Below are positions 23,101-35,300 of a DNA stretch of 61,424 nucleotides, piece by piece. Every line of letters begins with the position of its first letter. Position 1 is the stretch's first letter. The notes beneath the pieces were generated by a model, which was not told the origin of the DNA, made no database searches, and saw nothing but the letters and a program-made list of their open reading frames with translations. This DNA is from Lenisia limosa (Eukaryota > Protista > Breviatea): the NCBI GenBank assembly GCA_001655205.1, contig LPNZ01003674.1, forward strand, positions 1-61,424, read 5' to 3'. A program made the translations under genes and the position numbers.

Positions 23101-26100
23101 CTTGCAAAGGAGCTTCAGTCCAGATGAGTTGTCCATGAAGAGCTGAAAAGTGGTCTTGGATTTGGCTGAGTGGGTCAGATGATCTGTTTTGAAAAGAAAG
23201 GAGTCTGGTACACATATTGCATGTCTGAATAACTTACCATTAGTTGTGAGTCCCACAACGATAGAGGCCAAAACTGCGGTCATATTCTCTATATTGGCTT
23301 GGTTCGCTTCAATGTCGCTTACTCCATCTATGATGTAAACAATATTACTCTTCAACAATTACTCAAAAACTAGCAAAGAGTGATTGTACAACATTCTTAC
23401 ATTTTTCACTCTGAATATTCACATGCTCTCCAGCAATGAGATTGGTGATGACGTTACAAAGAGCACTCGCCAACTACAACCATCAGAGCGGAAATCACGA
23501 TCACACTAACCTCCACCAGGACAATAGCGTTGACACCAGCCACTGCAAAGTTCTTATATGCAAGTCTGGCGGCAATGAGGTTATCTTGGGACATCATCTT
23601 GCTGTGTTGAAGGTTGCTTGAAACTCGCTATGCCAGTCAAAGTACCCCCAAAAACGACAAACTTCGCTCTTAGGGACCTCGAGGTCATCTTCGACAACAA
23701 CAGGGCGAAGAAGTCGGATTAACATGGTTCGTACATCATCCTCATCAACCACTAATTGTGAGAGAACTCCTTGGATGGAGAACATCCTAAAACAATGAAG
23801 AAAACACAGGCTACTGGAGGCCAAGCCCAACTTACACATCACCGGAGTGATCCACAACACTCATGAGAAGCCGCACCATTTCAAGACGGACCTAAGGGTC
23901 ATACAATAGATGATACAGTGTGATAAAAAATAACATATATCATATACTACTGCATGTAGATGTACATATAATGTGGAAATGAGAAATTATAAGATGGTAT
24001 TGTCACCCCATCCTTAAATTGAAAGCAAACCTTGACCGCAACATCATGAATGTGATCTTCAAGTACATGAAGAACATCTGTAGTATAACAATAGTCCAAT
24101 ATATGATAAAGTCCAAGGGCTGAAGGAAGTACCCCCTACTTTTGATTGCAGTTCTTGCCAGATGTTCTTTGTCATAGAGTTCACGAAGGGCCTTGACAGC
24201 GTTTCGACGGACTTCAGCAGAACTGAAGATGAAAAGACAGCCTTTCGACCCTTATAAACACAACAAAATGCCTTTGGCAACTGGTGAACTCTCAGCTTAC
24301 TTTTTGTCACGGGCCAACTGGTCAGCAAGAGTGGCCACACCGACCGCACGCATTGTGGACGTCAAGAGCTCCCATTGCATGCGTAGAACAAGGCCTAGGG
24401 CGGCGGCGGCAATGGCTCGAACCCCTGGGTTGTTGGTCTCAGATTAACAAGAAAAAAAAAAGGGGCTTCTAATATCCGACCAAAGCAATACTGANNNNNN
24501 NNNNNNNNNNNNNNNNNNNNNNNNNNNNNNNNNNNNNNNNNNNNNNNNNNNNNNNNNNNNNNNNNNNNNNNNNNNNNNNNNNNNNNNNNNNTATGGCCCA
24601 ACTTACGAGGCACATCGTCTTTCGCAGCCATCACCAGAAGGTCGAACCTGGGGTTTAAGATGAACGATATTGTTTCAAAAAGAACAAAGAACGCTGGATG
24701 ACCATGGCAACACTCACCTTGGGGTGAGGTTTTCAGTGTCAATAGCGTCAATGAGAGGCCATCCCTTTCCCAGGACCCGCACCGACTGTGCACGCACTAA
24801 ACCGTTAAAAGTCATTCCAAAACATCACTCAGCACAAAAGAACAGCATTCGCACCAAGAGCATTGGGGCATGTTAGGTGCCTCTTCAGGAAGGGGGCAAA
24901 CAGGCGGCACACCACTTTGCTAAACTGAAGGAACGTAAGATAACAAAAGTACCACAATTAAGCAAAAACAGAGGACAGAAGAGCCAAACTCCATTACGGC
25001 TTCTTACCTCAGGATGGTTTCTCGTTTGATCCAACATCTTATCAACAACTACACCGTTAGTGGATGCTAGAACCTATCGAGAGATCATAGTCCCCCGCGA
25101 ACTTGCTGAAAGTGCGACAACCACTGAATGCGACTGAACAACAAGCACCAAACGGAAGAAATCCTGTAGACAGTCTTTTTCTGGAGGATGTTAAAACACC
25201 AGTGCTGTGATTGTTTTAAAATGAAAGGATCCACAGCCGAGCTAACCAAATGTACCCAAGAAAAAAAGGGAAGGGGAGGGGGGGAGGACACAATATTTCA
25301 TAATATCATTTAATTACATTCAAGCTAGTGGCAAGGCATAACATTCAAAAGGGTAGCAAGACGCTGGCCCCTCCCTACCAATGACGTCTTTGATGCTGGT
25401 TTCAGCCTCACGCCAGGCCCGGAAGTACACATCTGCAATAAGAGCCAAATCGTTTTGGGAGCTCTTTTGTGCAACCTGATGCATAATAAAAACCATTTTC
25501 TTGAACCAACGACACTATAATACCCCTCCAACGAGGTTGTTTTTGATAGCATCATGGATTCGTTTGACGACAGTTCCGCTGAGACGGAAGAAGTGGCAAA
25601 GAAGAGTTCGGCCGTTCTGACTACGCACAAAGCGGACATCCAAGAAGCAAGCCAGCACACGGTTGATGACGTCGCCGGACCTGCGTCGTTAGCAAGTTCA
25701 TCTTCAATGTCCGGTATCGCTCTACTTACTCAGGTTGCTCAGCATCAATAGTCTCGATAGTATGACGAGCCTTGAAAAGACGCTCAATGTCTGCAAAAGA
25801 ACAGTGAAACACCATAACAAACAACTGTAAATACTCCCTTTTTATATTTTTTTTAAATTGTTTTAGCAACTAACCAAACTAACCGGTTGTTTTCTTGCTT
25901 GCCGTATCAATGTTGCTGAGAAGAAGAGAGAAGACAACGGGAGCGATTCTCTCCCAATCATGAAGTCTATCAAGGACATAGCGCTCCAATGCCTTCAGTA
26001 CTGACGTAACCGCGTTTTGGCAAGAGGTCTCCAAGGAGTATGTGATAATGTTGTCTGGAAAATGATAAACAGATTAAGAGTTGGGAGAAGTACCATGAAG

Positions 26101-26532
26101 CAAGACCAAGAGCTCGTTGAGGACTTCGGGAACCAATACTTTAGAGTCGTGCTCGAGGAAGGCATAAATAATCAGTCCAACAACACGAGTGAAGTCCAAA
26201 GCTGTGAATGCTTCCATAGAAAGCTGAAAAATTATGGCGCTAAGAGAGAATGATGTCCAACTGTTTGTTCGGGGTCTTCGGGGAGGGAAATCACATCATT
26301 TGCAAAGATCATTGAAATGGTGTTTAATAGCTCTTGAAAGATACCAGTGTACTGTGAGCGAGGGAGAAGGGTCCATATTTCTTTTAACGTTTTCTGAGAA
26401 ACCTTCTGTTGGAGTAAATAAAGAGCAAAAACCTCAAACCCCTACATTGTTTGAAATGAACAGCACGAGTGCTGACATAGACTCGGCCTCAATGCACGAA
26501 AGGAACTCATCTTTCAGCTCTACAGCCGACAT
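20167..26532 (-). CDS. NCAPG2: Condensin-II subunit CAP-G2 (HEAT repeats), multi-exon; spans two N gaps; 3' extent inferred
   Basis: DIERLFKARHTIETID, VLACFLDVRFVRSQNGRTLLCHFF..KRIHDAIKNNL, DVYFRAWREA, VRAIAAAALGLVLRMQWELL and SAEVRRNAVKAL are collinear with CAP-G2 (EIYFRAWKKA, SADVRCSV). Confidence 0.82.
21875..21938. repeat. 24-bp tandem repeat (TGCATGGAGTGAATAAGAAACAGA), about 2.7 copies, next to an N gap
   Basis: Directly visible. Confidence 0.9.
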
Positions 26533-26728
26533 TGTTTCCTCTTTTGAAGCTTCCGGCTTCCCTTTTCTATCTTTTGATATATATGCCTGATCTCTACACC
26601 TTTACTACTATCTTGCTACTATCCAATAACTTGTGTAAAGATCTCCCGAAAAAACAACCAAGATGGATCGGCTTGATCACTTCACTCTATCTCCATTCTT
26701 CAACGCAATTTACATAGTATACAACACA

Positions 26729-29700
26729 TTATATCTTGTCAGCAGGGCTCATGTCAAATTGGGCCTGTACTGAGCGCTTGATACGGAGCATTTCTCTGAA
26801 GGTCTCCTCATTACCATGCTACAAGGTCAGGGAACACCAAGGGTGCATTGTTTTCTGAACACCAAAGATTGAAAAGATCCCTCCAACAGCCACTTCGAAC
26901 TCCTGCCATGATTCATAGTAGTCCACATTGACACTGGGGTTGGCAAACTGCGAACCGTGGGCAAAGATTGCTGAAAGAATGAGATAATGGTGAAGAATAT
27001 TTGAAGTGGAAAAGCTCCAAGAAGTAGCCCACCTCTGCTTCTGTCGACTTCGCCAAGCTTGAGTTCAAGCTGTGCAAACTTGACGGCCACATCACGAGCC
27101 TGAGAGAGTGACCACCATACCACAAGCATCGTGAGGAATCTTTAACAGAAGACCCCCCCCCCCCACATCCTTGTCATGAAGACAGTTGACTGCCCTCTCG
27201 TAGACTTCTCTGGATTTGGTTGGGCCAAAGAATTTGGCCGCACGCGCCGCATAGACTCGATAGATCTCTCCTTTCTGCAGGGGTCACACTAATTGACACC
27301 GAAGCTCAAAAAAAGCAATACCCTCGTTGCTCACGTGTTCATCAGCAACATTCAAGGAGGCCTGGTCATAGACAATCATTGCACGCTGGATAGAACCGTG
27401 CTCCTCCTCCAAGCGGGCCCATCTCAAATAGAACGGCTTCTTCTCTTCGGCCGGCATCGAAGTCACACACTGCTCGTAAAGGTCTCTTGCTCTCTCAATC
27501 TTCTCTCCGTTGTATCTGAAGAAATGATTGAAAGCTGAAGTAGGCAGGTCGGGGGGAACTTTAATGCGAAACTAACCTCTTGGTGAACTGAGCCAAATAT
27601 TCACGCCAAATCGGCACGCAATGAGGGAATGTGAAGAGGTTGACACCGCTAGAGTGTTAAAAATATCAAAAATTGAACAAAAGAAACCAGTAAATAACTT
27701 ACAAAACATGGATTACGACAGCCCACCGTTCATAGGATTGGAATGCGTCTTCGAAGTAGTTGTTTTCAGTCAAATAGCGAGCGCAGTTGATAACCACCTA
27801 AAAGGTCAGCCCTTAATACCAATACTGGACACATTGTATGTATATGTATGCACGTTTGTTGATACACACGAGCGGGCAACAACTGATTACAAGCCACCAA
27901 CCTTAGGAGTGGCCACTTTAAGATCAAACATGCGGGTGTACAAGGACTGAAAGGGTCACATTGAACATGATGCATTCGGACAATATAGTGGGGTGGGAGA
28001 GCACAAACCTTGACGGTGTCGACCGTGCCGAGGTTCTCCTCGAGGTCCACACGGAACAGCCAGAGCCTCAGGTTCTTATGGATGCGAAGATGGGGTGACG
28101 TGTTGTAGTCTCTGTATGACACATTGTGGGCGGCAGGCTGGGGGGTAAGCATTGTAGCAGAGATGGGAAGGCTTACAGGCTCGGCAGTGGCGCTTCTCAA
28201 GACCTGCTGGGCCTTGTCAATGTGTTGGTGTCTGATCTCCATTTCCGCCCAATTCGCCCAAAGATGCGCCAAATCATCGACGGTCTTGACTGCATGCTAG
28301 GGGGGTGAGCGGCATACTTCAAAACAGCATGGATAAGGCAGCTTACGGGTTCCTTGATACTTTGAGCGAACACCTCCCTGGCGGAATCCAGATCACCCTG
28401 ATCCTCATAGAACTTGGCAAACTGGGTCCAAAGATAATGCGGCCGTCCTGTCACGTTTTTGTTATTAGCGTCAATGGTCTTGCAGGCGGCTGTGAAGGTG
28501 CTCACAATCTGGTGCGTGATTACATGGGCAGATCTCAGGATTATGATGCACAAAAATCGACAATTAAGCTCGATTCCTTTTGAACAAAAGTTTTGGTTTT
28601 GCAAAGTCTCGTGAAAGAGCAAACCTTGACCTTGTCGTCACCCATAAGTTTAACGCGTCTCTGCCACTCAATTGTGTTATGAGGGTTTTGACGAAGAAGA
28701 ACACTGTTAATCAAAAGAGGCCTTCTCTTAATGAGAAAGTCGAAGCGAGCAAGACTAAATTGTCAGAAAAGCACTAAGAAAGTAATATATCATATGGCCG
28801 AATCTGTCCACACAATCACGCTTATAAGAGATATTCTAAGTATACAGCAATGCAAATCTGCTTTCATTAAGTAACGGTCTTCAAACCTGAGATCAACATC
28901 CACGTCAACAGCCTCATCGGCAACATCATCATGAACACTAAAATGTCAGATGAAAGGGAGGGGGGGGAGGCTGCTGAAGGAAAACAAGGTAACAAAGCTT
29001 ACATGGCATTTTCGTCCTCGTCAATTTCCTCCATTAAAGTCTAAACAATTAAATACGCCAAACAAACGAGATACTGGTGTTCTTATTAGAGCCGAGTAGG
29101 GCTCACCTCAGTGTAGCGCTCCTCAAATGCAGAGTAGGATTGGAAGATAATGGTGAAGTCACGAACGGTGATAACGGTGTTGACACCCTACAACAATAAG
29201 GACACTCAAGAGAGCAGTGACAAACCTCCTCAAAGACGTTCCTTGCCATATCGAAATGGCCCTTTTTGACGTAAAACTCTCCAAGGGCCGCCCAAAGCTT
29301 GCCAACATCCTCAGTGTATCTCTTCAGACCAGAACGGATAATGTTCTCAACTATGGTCCAAATGAATAGGAGGAAATGTAGGCGAGAAGAGGAGGTGGTC
29401 GTGTCATTATGAATTAATCAATCCCCAGTAACTAACCATTCAAATGCTCAACATCCTCAGGGTGTTCCTTGCAGAGATGGCACAGTTTGACCCACCAATC
29501 GTGAGTTGTCTTTCCTAGGAAAATAAACAACGAGGGGAGGGGGAAGAACCTAACAAGCCTGTAGACAACTCTTGAATTCCTTCCAGGAAAGCAAAAAAAA
29601 AAGGTGATAGTGAGTTTCACTTATACTACTACTATCATTGAAAAACAAAAAGGAGGAAGAGAATCTTCTGCATAATGCATAATATGATACTGTATTACAA

Positions 29701-30652
29701 TCCACACACCCTGGATAGACATGAATCTGTCACGGTTGACCATGGCAACAATGCAGTCGCAAGCCTCGCGGTATTTGTTATTTCTCAAAAGGAACTCGAC
29801 ATATTCCTCTATCTAGATACGATCAGGAATGCTGTGAAAATAGTCATCCCTCCCTTCTTGTTGTTATTATATTACCTTATCACATTAAAACGTTAAATCC
29901 CTCCGACCTGGGCAGGCTCAAGCTGAATATAACGTCTGTAGATGAGACAAGCAGTCTCAAGAGGTACCCATGGCGAACGAGCAAACTTGACAAAGAGCGA
30001 CCAGATCCTGATGGGTGAAGTCTAGGACTGCTGTGTGTTTACTTCATTTTATACTCTATTCAAAGAAAAGGTGATGACAGGTTAATATAACAATCCTACA
30101 TCAGATGCTGAGTGATTGGAAGAGAAGAGAGCGCTTCGTCAGCCTTGCGCCTGAAGGTTGTGATGCGACGCTGGGCAAGGAGACACTCAAGATACTCCAC
30201 CCAGATTCTAGGCATCTTGTGCATTGTGATAAGGGCCCTCTCAAAGATGACGGTCAGGTTCACAAACTCTTCAGAAACAACACACTTCCCTGAGGTGTAA
30301 AACTAACAATCAAGAATCAAACCTCTGATTTGTCTCTTTCTTTCCTGTAAATATCTGTACCAGATCTTGTAAGAACCTGGAACGTGTTTGAGGGCACGCT
30401 CATAGATCTCGTTGATTGCAGAGAAGCCACCAAGTCCATTATCACGCTTTTTCAAGAACTCAATATAAAGTAACCAAGACTAATGCCGTAAAATTTCAAG
30501 GAAAATCAACAAACCTTCACTGAAAACGGGTTACGAGTACATTCTTCTTCAAAAGGGAGAGTATCTTCCTCTATTACTTCATATTCAAGATCATCAACAT
30601 CGCTGTCGCTCTGGTGAGTCTCAACTGGAGTCTCCACTTGCTCTGCCTCCAT
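26729..30652 (-). CDS. XAB2: Pre-mRNA splicing factor SYF1/XAB2 (HAT repeats), multi-exon
   Basis: EEDTLPFEEECTRNPFSVK at the N-terminus; YLWTQFAKFYEDQGDLDSAREVF, WAEMEIRH, IHKNLRLWLFRVDLEENLGT and HGNEETFREMLRIKRSVQAQF at the C-terminus. Confidence 0.95.
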
Positions 30653-30997
30653 TCTCAAAAAGAAAAAGTTTCTCCAATATAAATGTCTCCAAGAATGTAT
30701 TCTACTAGAACGTTTAATTCACGCTGAAAAGAAAAAGGGCAAAAAACGAAATCACCGGACTAAAAGCCTTTCCTTCCGTCCCGGTTTTAGGATAATTGCT
30801 CCGATTCTGTGCTCAGTCGTCCATATTTAGTAAGATCTCTCTTATTGCAAAACCCCGACAAATTGCGGAGGTTCATCAGTGAAAATAGTAGTAAAAAAAC
30901 TAAGAAAGAGGTAGTACTATTAAATACCGAAAAACTAAACAATCGTTCTTTGAGGGCGAATCAAACTACATTCCCCACTTCCTAGACCTCGTCAAAG

Positions 30998-32201
30998 ATG
31001 CAACAAGCTCACCAAACCCATTCGGTGGCTCCAAGCATCAAACCAACACATGTATGAGGGAGGGTCTTTTTTCCATCTCTGACCAAGTAGGCAAGTATTG
31101 CAAAAAAGACGTCTGAAGCTTTTGAATCAATGTCCATTAAAGTTGACACCAATGCTGCTTCAACTCACTTGCCAACCATGTGAGTGTTTCTGATTTAATG
31201 ACCCTGTATTAGGGACCCGTCACAACTTTCCCCTGTCGGCCCCACACACGTTGCAATTGCAATGGAAGAGTAGGGTCTTGGTCTTATTCGTATAAGTAAT
31301 GTCACCTCTTGCTCAACAACTTACCCACAGGTCTGAACCGTGTCATAACGCGTTGAGATGGACTTTGAAGCATATCATTCGCAGTGGTGACACTGTATGT
31401 CTATAATATTCAAAAACAAGATAATATCATTTGTATATCTATGTTGTGAGATGAAATTTGAAATTGACATATTGAATTTACATAATCAATTAGCTTTCCA
31501 TTGTGTATGTTCAGCCGGCGGTTGTACTGCCTACGCCAAGCTACGGTCTTGTTGGTGGTAGGTTCCCGATAAGTGGGTTCACTCACTAAACTTTGAAATT
31601 AATTGTCACTTGCGTTAGGAAGCTGGAATGCATACTCCCACACCAGAGAAGCTCAAGAATACGTAGAAATGGTCAGTGGGAGAAAATAATGTACTTTTAT
31701 GGCAAGTAACATTACAACTAACATTTATTAGGCTAAAAATGCTTCAGAACAACTGTTGAAAACATTTCAAGATGAAGCTGAGCAACTTTGTGGTGAAAAG
31801 AATGTATGTATATGGTTCTTTGCCTTGCTTAAAACAATCTTCACAATGTTTCAATCACATTTTTAGATTATTATTCGGTCAGTGCGGAGAGTCGGCAGTG
31901 TCAAACAGGAAGTTTGGGCCTGCTGGATAGCTGTATAACTGTATAGATACTGGCAATGTGCGAAAATGAGAATGTGGGTCACTTGGTAGTTGCAGCAAGA
32001 AACAAGAACATTTTCAAAAGGTAAAGTGATTAACTTTGAGCCAGTTGTTTGATTCTTTAGATTGATTTCTTCCAATTCAGCTGATCACTTCCAACATAAT
32101 GCTAAGGTGAGTGCGACGACAAGGAGGGAGTTATGGATATCAAGGCCTCTTTTTCACCAATATAGTGCGCTGTAACTGTTGTACATCCTGACTCTCACTA
32201 A
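30998..32201 (+). CDS. Universal stress protein (UspA) domain protein, multi-exon; start uncertain
   Basis: HVAIAMEESEPCHNALRWTLKHIIRSGDT ... VAARNKNIFKRLISSNSADHFQHNAKCAVTVVHPDSH* fits the USP N- and C-terminal motifs. Confidence 0.78.
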
Positions 32202-32386
32202 TTACAAAATGTTGACTAATTCCAAATGTTGCTTCACCTAATATAATATGTTATAATGTACTGTATACTTTATGATGAACATTGAGATCCAACAAACTAC
32301 ATTAGAAAAAAACAATGACTTCACAACCGCCTTCCTTCACAGAGAAATAAAACAACCCCAGAAACAGACACCCCCATCCCCATGCA

Positions 32387-35300
32387 TTAGACTTCAGTTT
32401 CAGCATATGTCTCATCAAAGCCGAAGGTTGCCTCTTCGCCACTCTGTAGCGACTCAGAAGTGGTCTGTTCAGCAAGTGTTGGCTCCTCAAGAAACTCAAT
32501 GTCGCACGGTTTATTTTGGGTCGGCTTCTTGCGAGATATGAACACCATTGCAGCACCTCCAACAAAGGCTATTGCAACCACTGCAACTACAATCAAAGCT
32601 GAATGTCAGTTGTAAACTATGAAGTTAATCCTCACCGAAAGTTGTCATAGATGATTCATCTGAACTGCTCACTGTCCCAAAACTGCATTTCTAAAAGGTG
32701 ATGCCCGATCGTTTTTCCAAGCCAGATCCCACTTACAGCTCCCTCATGGCTGGCTTGAATCTCAGCCTGACAGTCCCCATCCTCTCGAGTCGTTTCAATC
32801 TCAACATTGCCGCAAAGAGCCGAGCATTCTGGCTGTTGAGAAAGGCAAGGCCTTATCCTACCGTCTCCACTAGCGCTCCACGACACAACCACCGACGATG
32901 ACATGGACTGCATCTCCAGCACTACAGAATGAAAGAACCCCCAAGGCGCATTTAGCTCAAGGTACTCATAGCCACTATAAATCACATATCGAAATACGGT
33001 GTACAATTTGCAAAAAGTAAAACAGTATGAAGTCCCACAGGGAAATTATGGATTGAATATGATAAGGAGTCTACGGGGAGATTGTTGCGTGATAGTATTC
33101 ACCCAAACCTCGTGACACTGAAGATGCCACCTGCGTGCTTGACTCTTTAGTCATTAACCTGAGGGGTTAGCAAACCGTTATACCAATATTTAACATCAGA
33201 CAAAACTTCATACGTGACATTTGCCAAATCGTGAACAGCGGGTCCTAAGAGAACTGCAATTTCCATGTCATCAATCTACATGGGAAAGTAAAAATATTTT
33301 TGGGAATTTATCAATAATCAGTTATTATTCGGACCTAATTATAATACACCAAGCCAACATATTCAGAGACAACGCTGCTTTTGAAGTGGTTGTAGTCAGA
33401 AGCAAGGTCACACAAAGCACCTTCCTTACAGCCAAGGTTCAATTCAAGTTTAGCCTACAGAATAGGTATAATTAGAATATTAAAAAAACAGACCTTGATA
33501 TAGCTGTCAGCTGTTCGGATGGTGACTGTTGTTGTGGATTCAGTATGAACATGTGTCATTGAGAGTGCCTAAGCAGCAATAAAAGGGAAACCAGCTTCAC
33601 TTCGAAACCAAAAAACACTAATTCCTCTCAAAATTCTGATACTTAACAGACGCCACAAAACCAACCAGGGAGGATGACGTGGAGCTTGAAATAAACGCAT
33701 CAACAATTCTTGGGCTAGCAGCCTCGAGAGTTGTGTGTGTTGCGTATGCGGTGGTGGAAGAAAGGCTCGGCGTTTCAGAAGTTCTGAAAAAGTCAAAAGA
33801 ATCTATAGTGTTCAGCTCGTGTGATACTGTCAGCTCATCAAAACAGACCGGAATTGTGGTGGCATGCCCGGATTAAGAGCATCAGTAGCCCCTCGTAGGA
33901 TTTCAGTTGAGGGAGATGGAGGGTCATTGAGCAGCTGAACTGTAAGAACTTTTTAACTATCTCTCAAAGAACAATCCACTGACATTCATATCATAGTCAT
34001 AAGCCTTGATTTCTTTCAAGTAGATGAGAGTGGAGTCACCATTTTCAATGCTCCAGCCAGAAAAGTTCAGACAAAAACTGTCAATATCTGACATGTCTAA
34101 AGAGATTAAACAATATCTTGGAGAAGACTGGCTCAAAACAGCAACTGATCTTGGATTACGAATCTCAAAAATAGAGTCATTGAGGCTACATCCCTTACCG
34201 TCGGCTCGAGGGGATCGTGAGCTTCGGATTTCGTTCCTCAAAATGTCAACTGTGACAAACGATCCCTTCGTTGTAACCGATTTCTAGGGGGGGGGGGTGA
34301 GACAACCAGAAATGCATAGAAGTATGAAATTGAACTTGTTCTTCCAAGCGCAACACAGTTTCCTTTCAACAATTTAGTTGAGTAAAACCCTTTCAACCTT
34401 TGCCCAGAAGTAATCCGAACCCGAAGTGGTCGTGCTTTCACTGGGCCAGCGGAGAAGGAATTCCATAGCTAAAAGCGTGAAACCCTTCCTTAGTACCCTA
34501 ATTTGAGTAGTTTGAACAAAAGGATTATCAATTCTCTGAACCAACAAGGTTTATCAGATTCGAAGGCTAAGGTGACGGATATTTTACCGAGGGTTGACCA
34601 ATCCTCAGGAGCTGCTCTACAAATCTGAAGTGTGAAAACTAAAAGCAGCATCACTCCGCAATACGGCTGTAAGGTTTTCCACCTACTCCTCCAAGGTTAC
34701 TGTCAACTAGGGCAACGGCACTGCTAAGGAACGTACCTTGCCTAAACTCATCAGTACTGGGGGATGTAAAGATGCAATCTTCTTGTTTTACAGTTTAGGT
34801 TTCCAGCCAATTGAATCGCGGCCCTACCTCAGTGCTTGTTCATTCCAGAGTGACAACTGTATGGAAGAGAAAGTGTTTGAGAAGTAAACACCCGAAAGAA
34901 TCTACACAGTAAAACAATCCCAAAATTCTATCCCAGAAAGAATGACAGTCCCACTTGGTAGGCGGCAAATTCTTCAGCCTTGATAGTTTCACCCTTCACG
35001 TTCGTGATGTAGCCCCTGGGTATTATAACTTGAGAAACATTGAAGAGGCGGAGCAGAAAAGAAATCGAAGAAAAAACTCCCCACCATTCAACGTCTGTGA
35101 AGCTATCAGGGAAGGCAAGATCGTTAACAGGCAAACTACGAAGGGGGGAGGCCGAAGGTGAGTTGAAATGCGTAAGTGGGGCGTCCCATGTCTGGCTCTT
35201 GTGGATGAGAACAATACGAGAATGCTAGGCAAACCATGAGAACGCCATCAATGGAAGAAGCACCCAAAACGGATAAGATGACGGACGGGCCGGATCGAGG

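Noticed and set aside
25554-25751. Plus-strand ORF MDSFDDSSAE.. and similar short ORFs in the supplied track (e.g. 7039-7305, 56843-57334)
   Set aside because: Antisense shadows of exons of NCAPG2, vasohibin and CDKL.
34024-34287. Plus-strand ORF resembling a death domain (LGEDWLKTATDLGLRISKIESLR)
   Set aside because: It is antisense to well-supported minus-strand exons of the second CBM-like domain, which have canonical splice sites, and it has no plus-strand gene context. Most likely coincidence.
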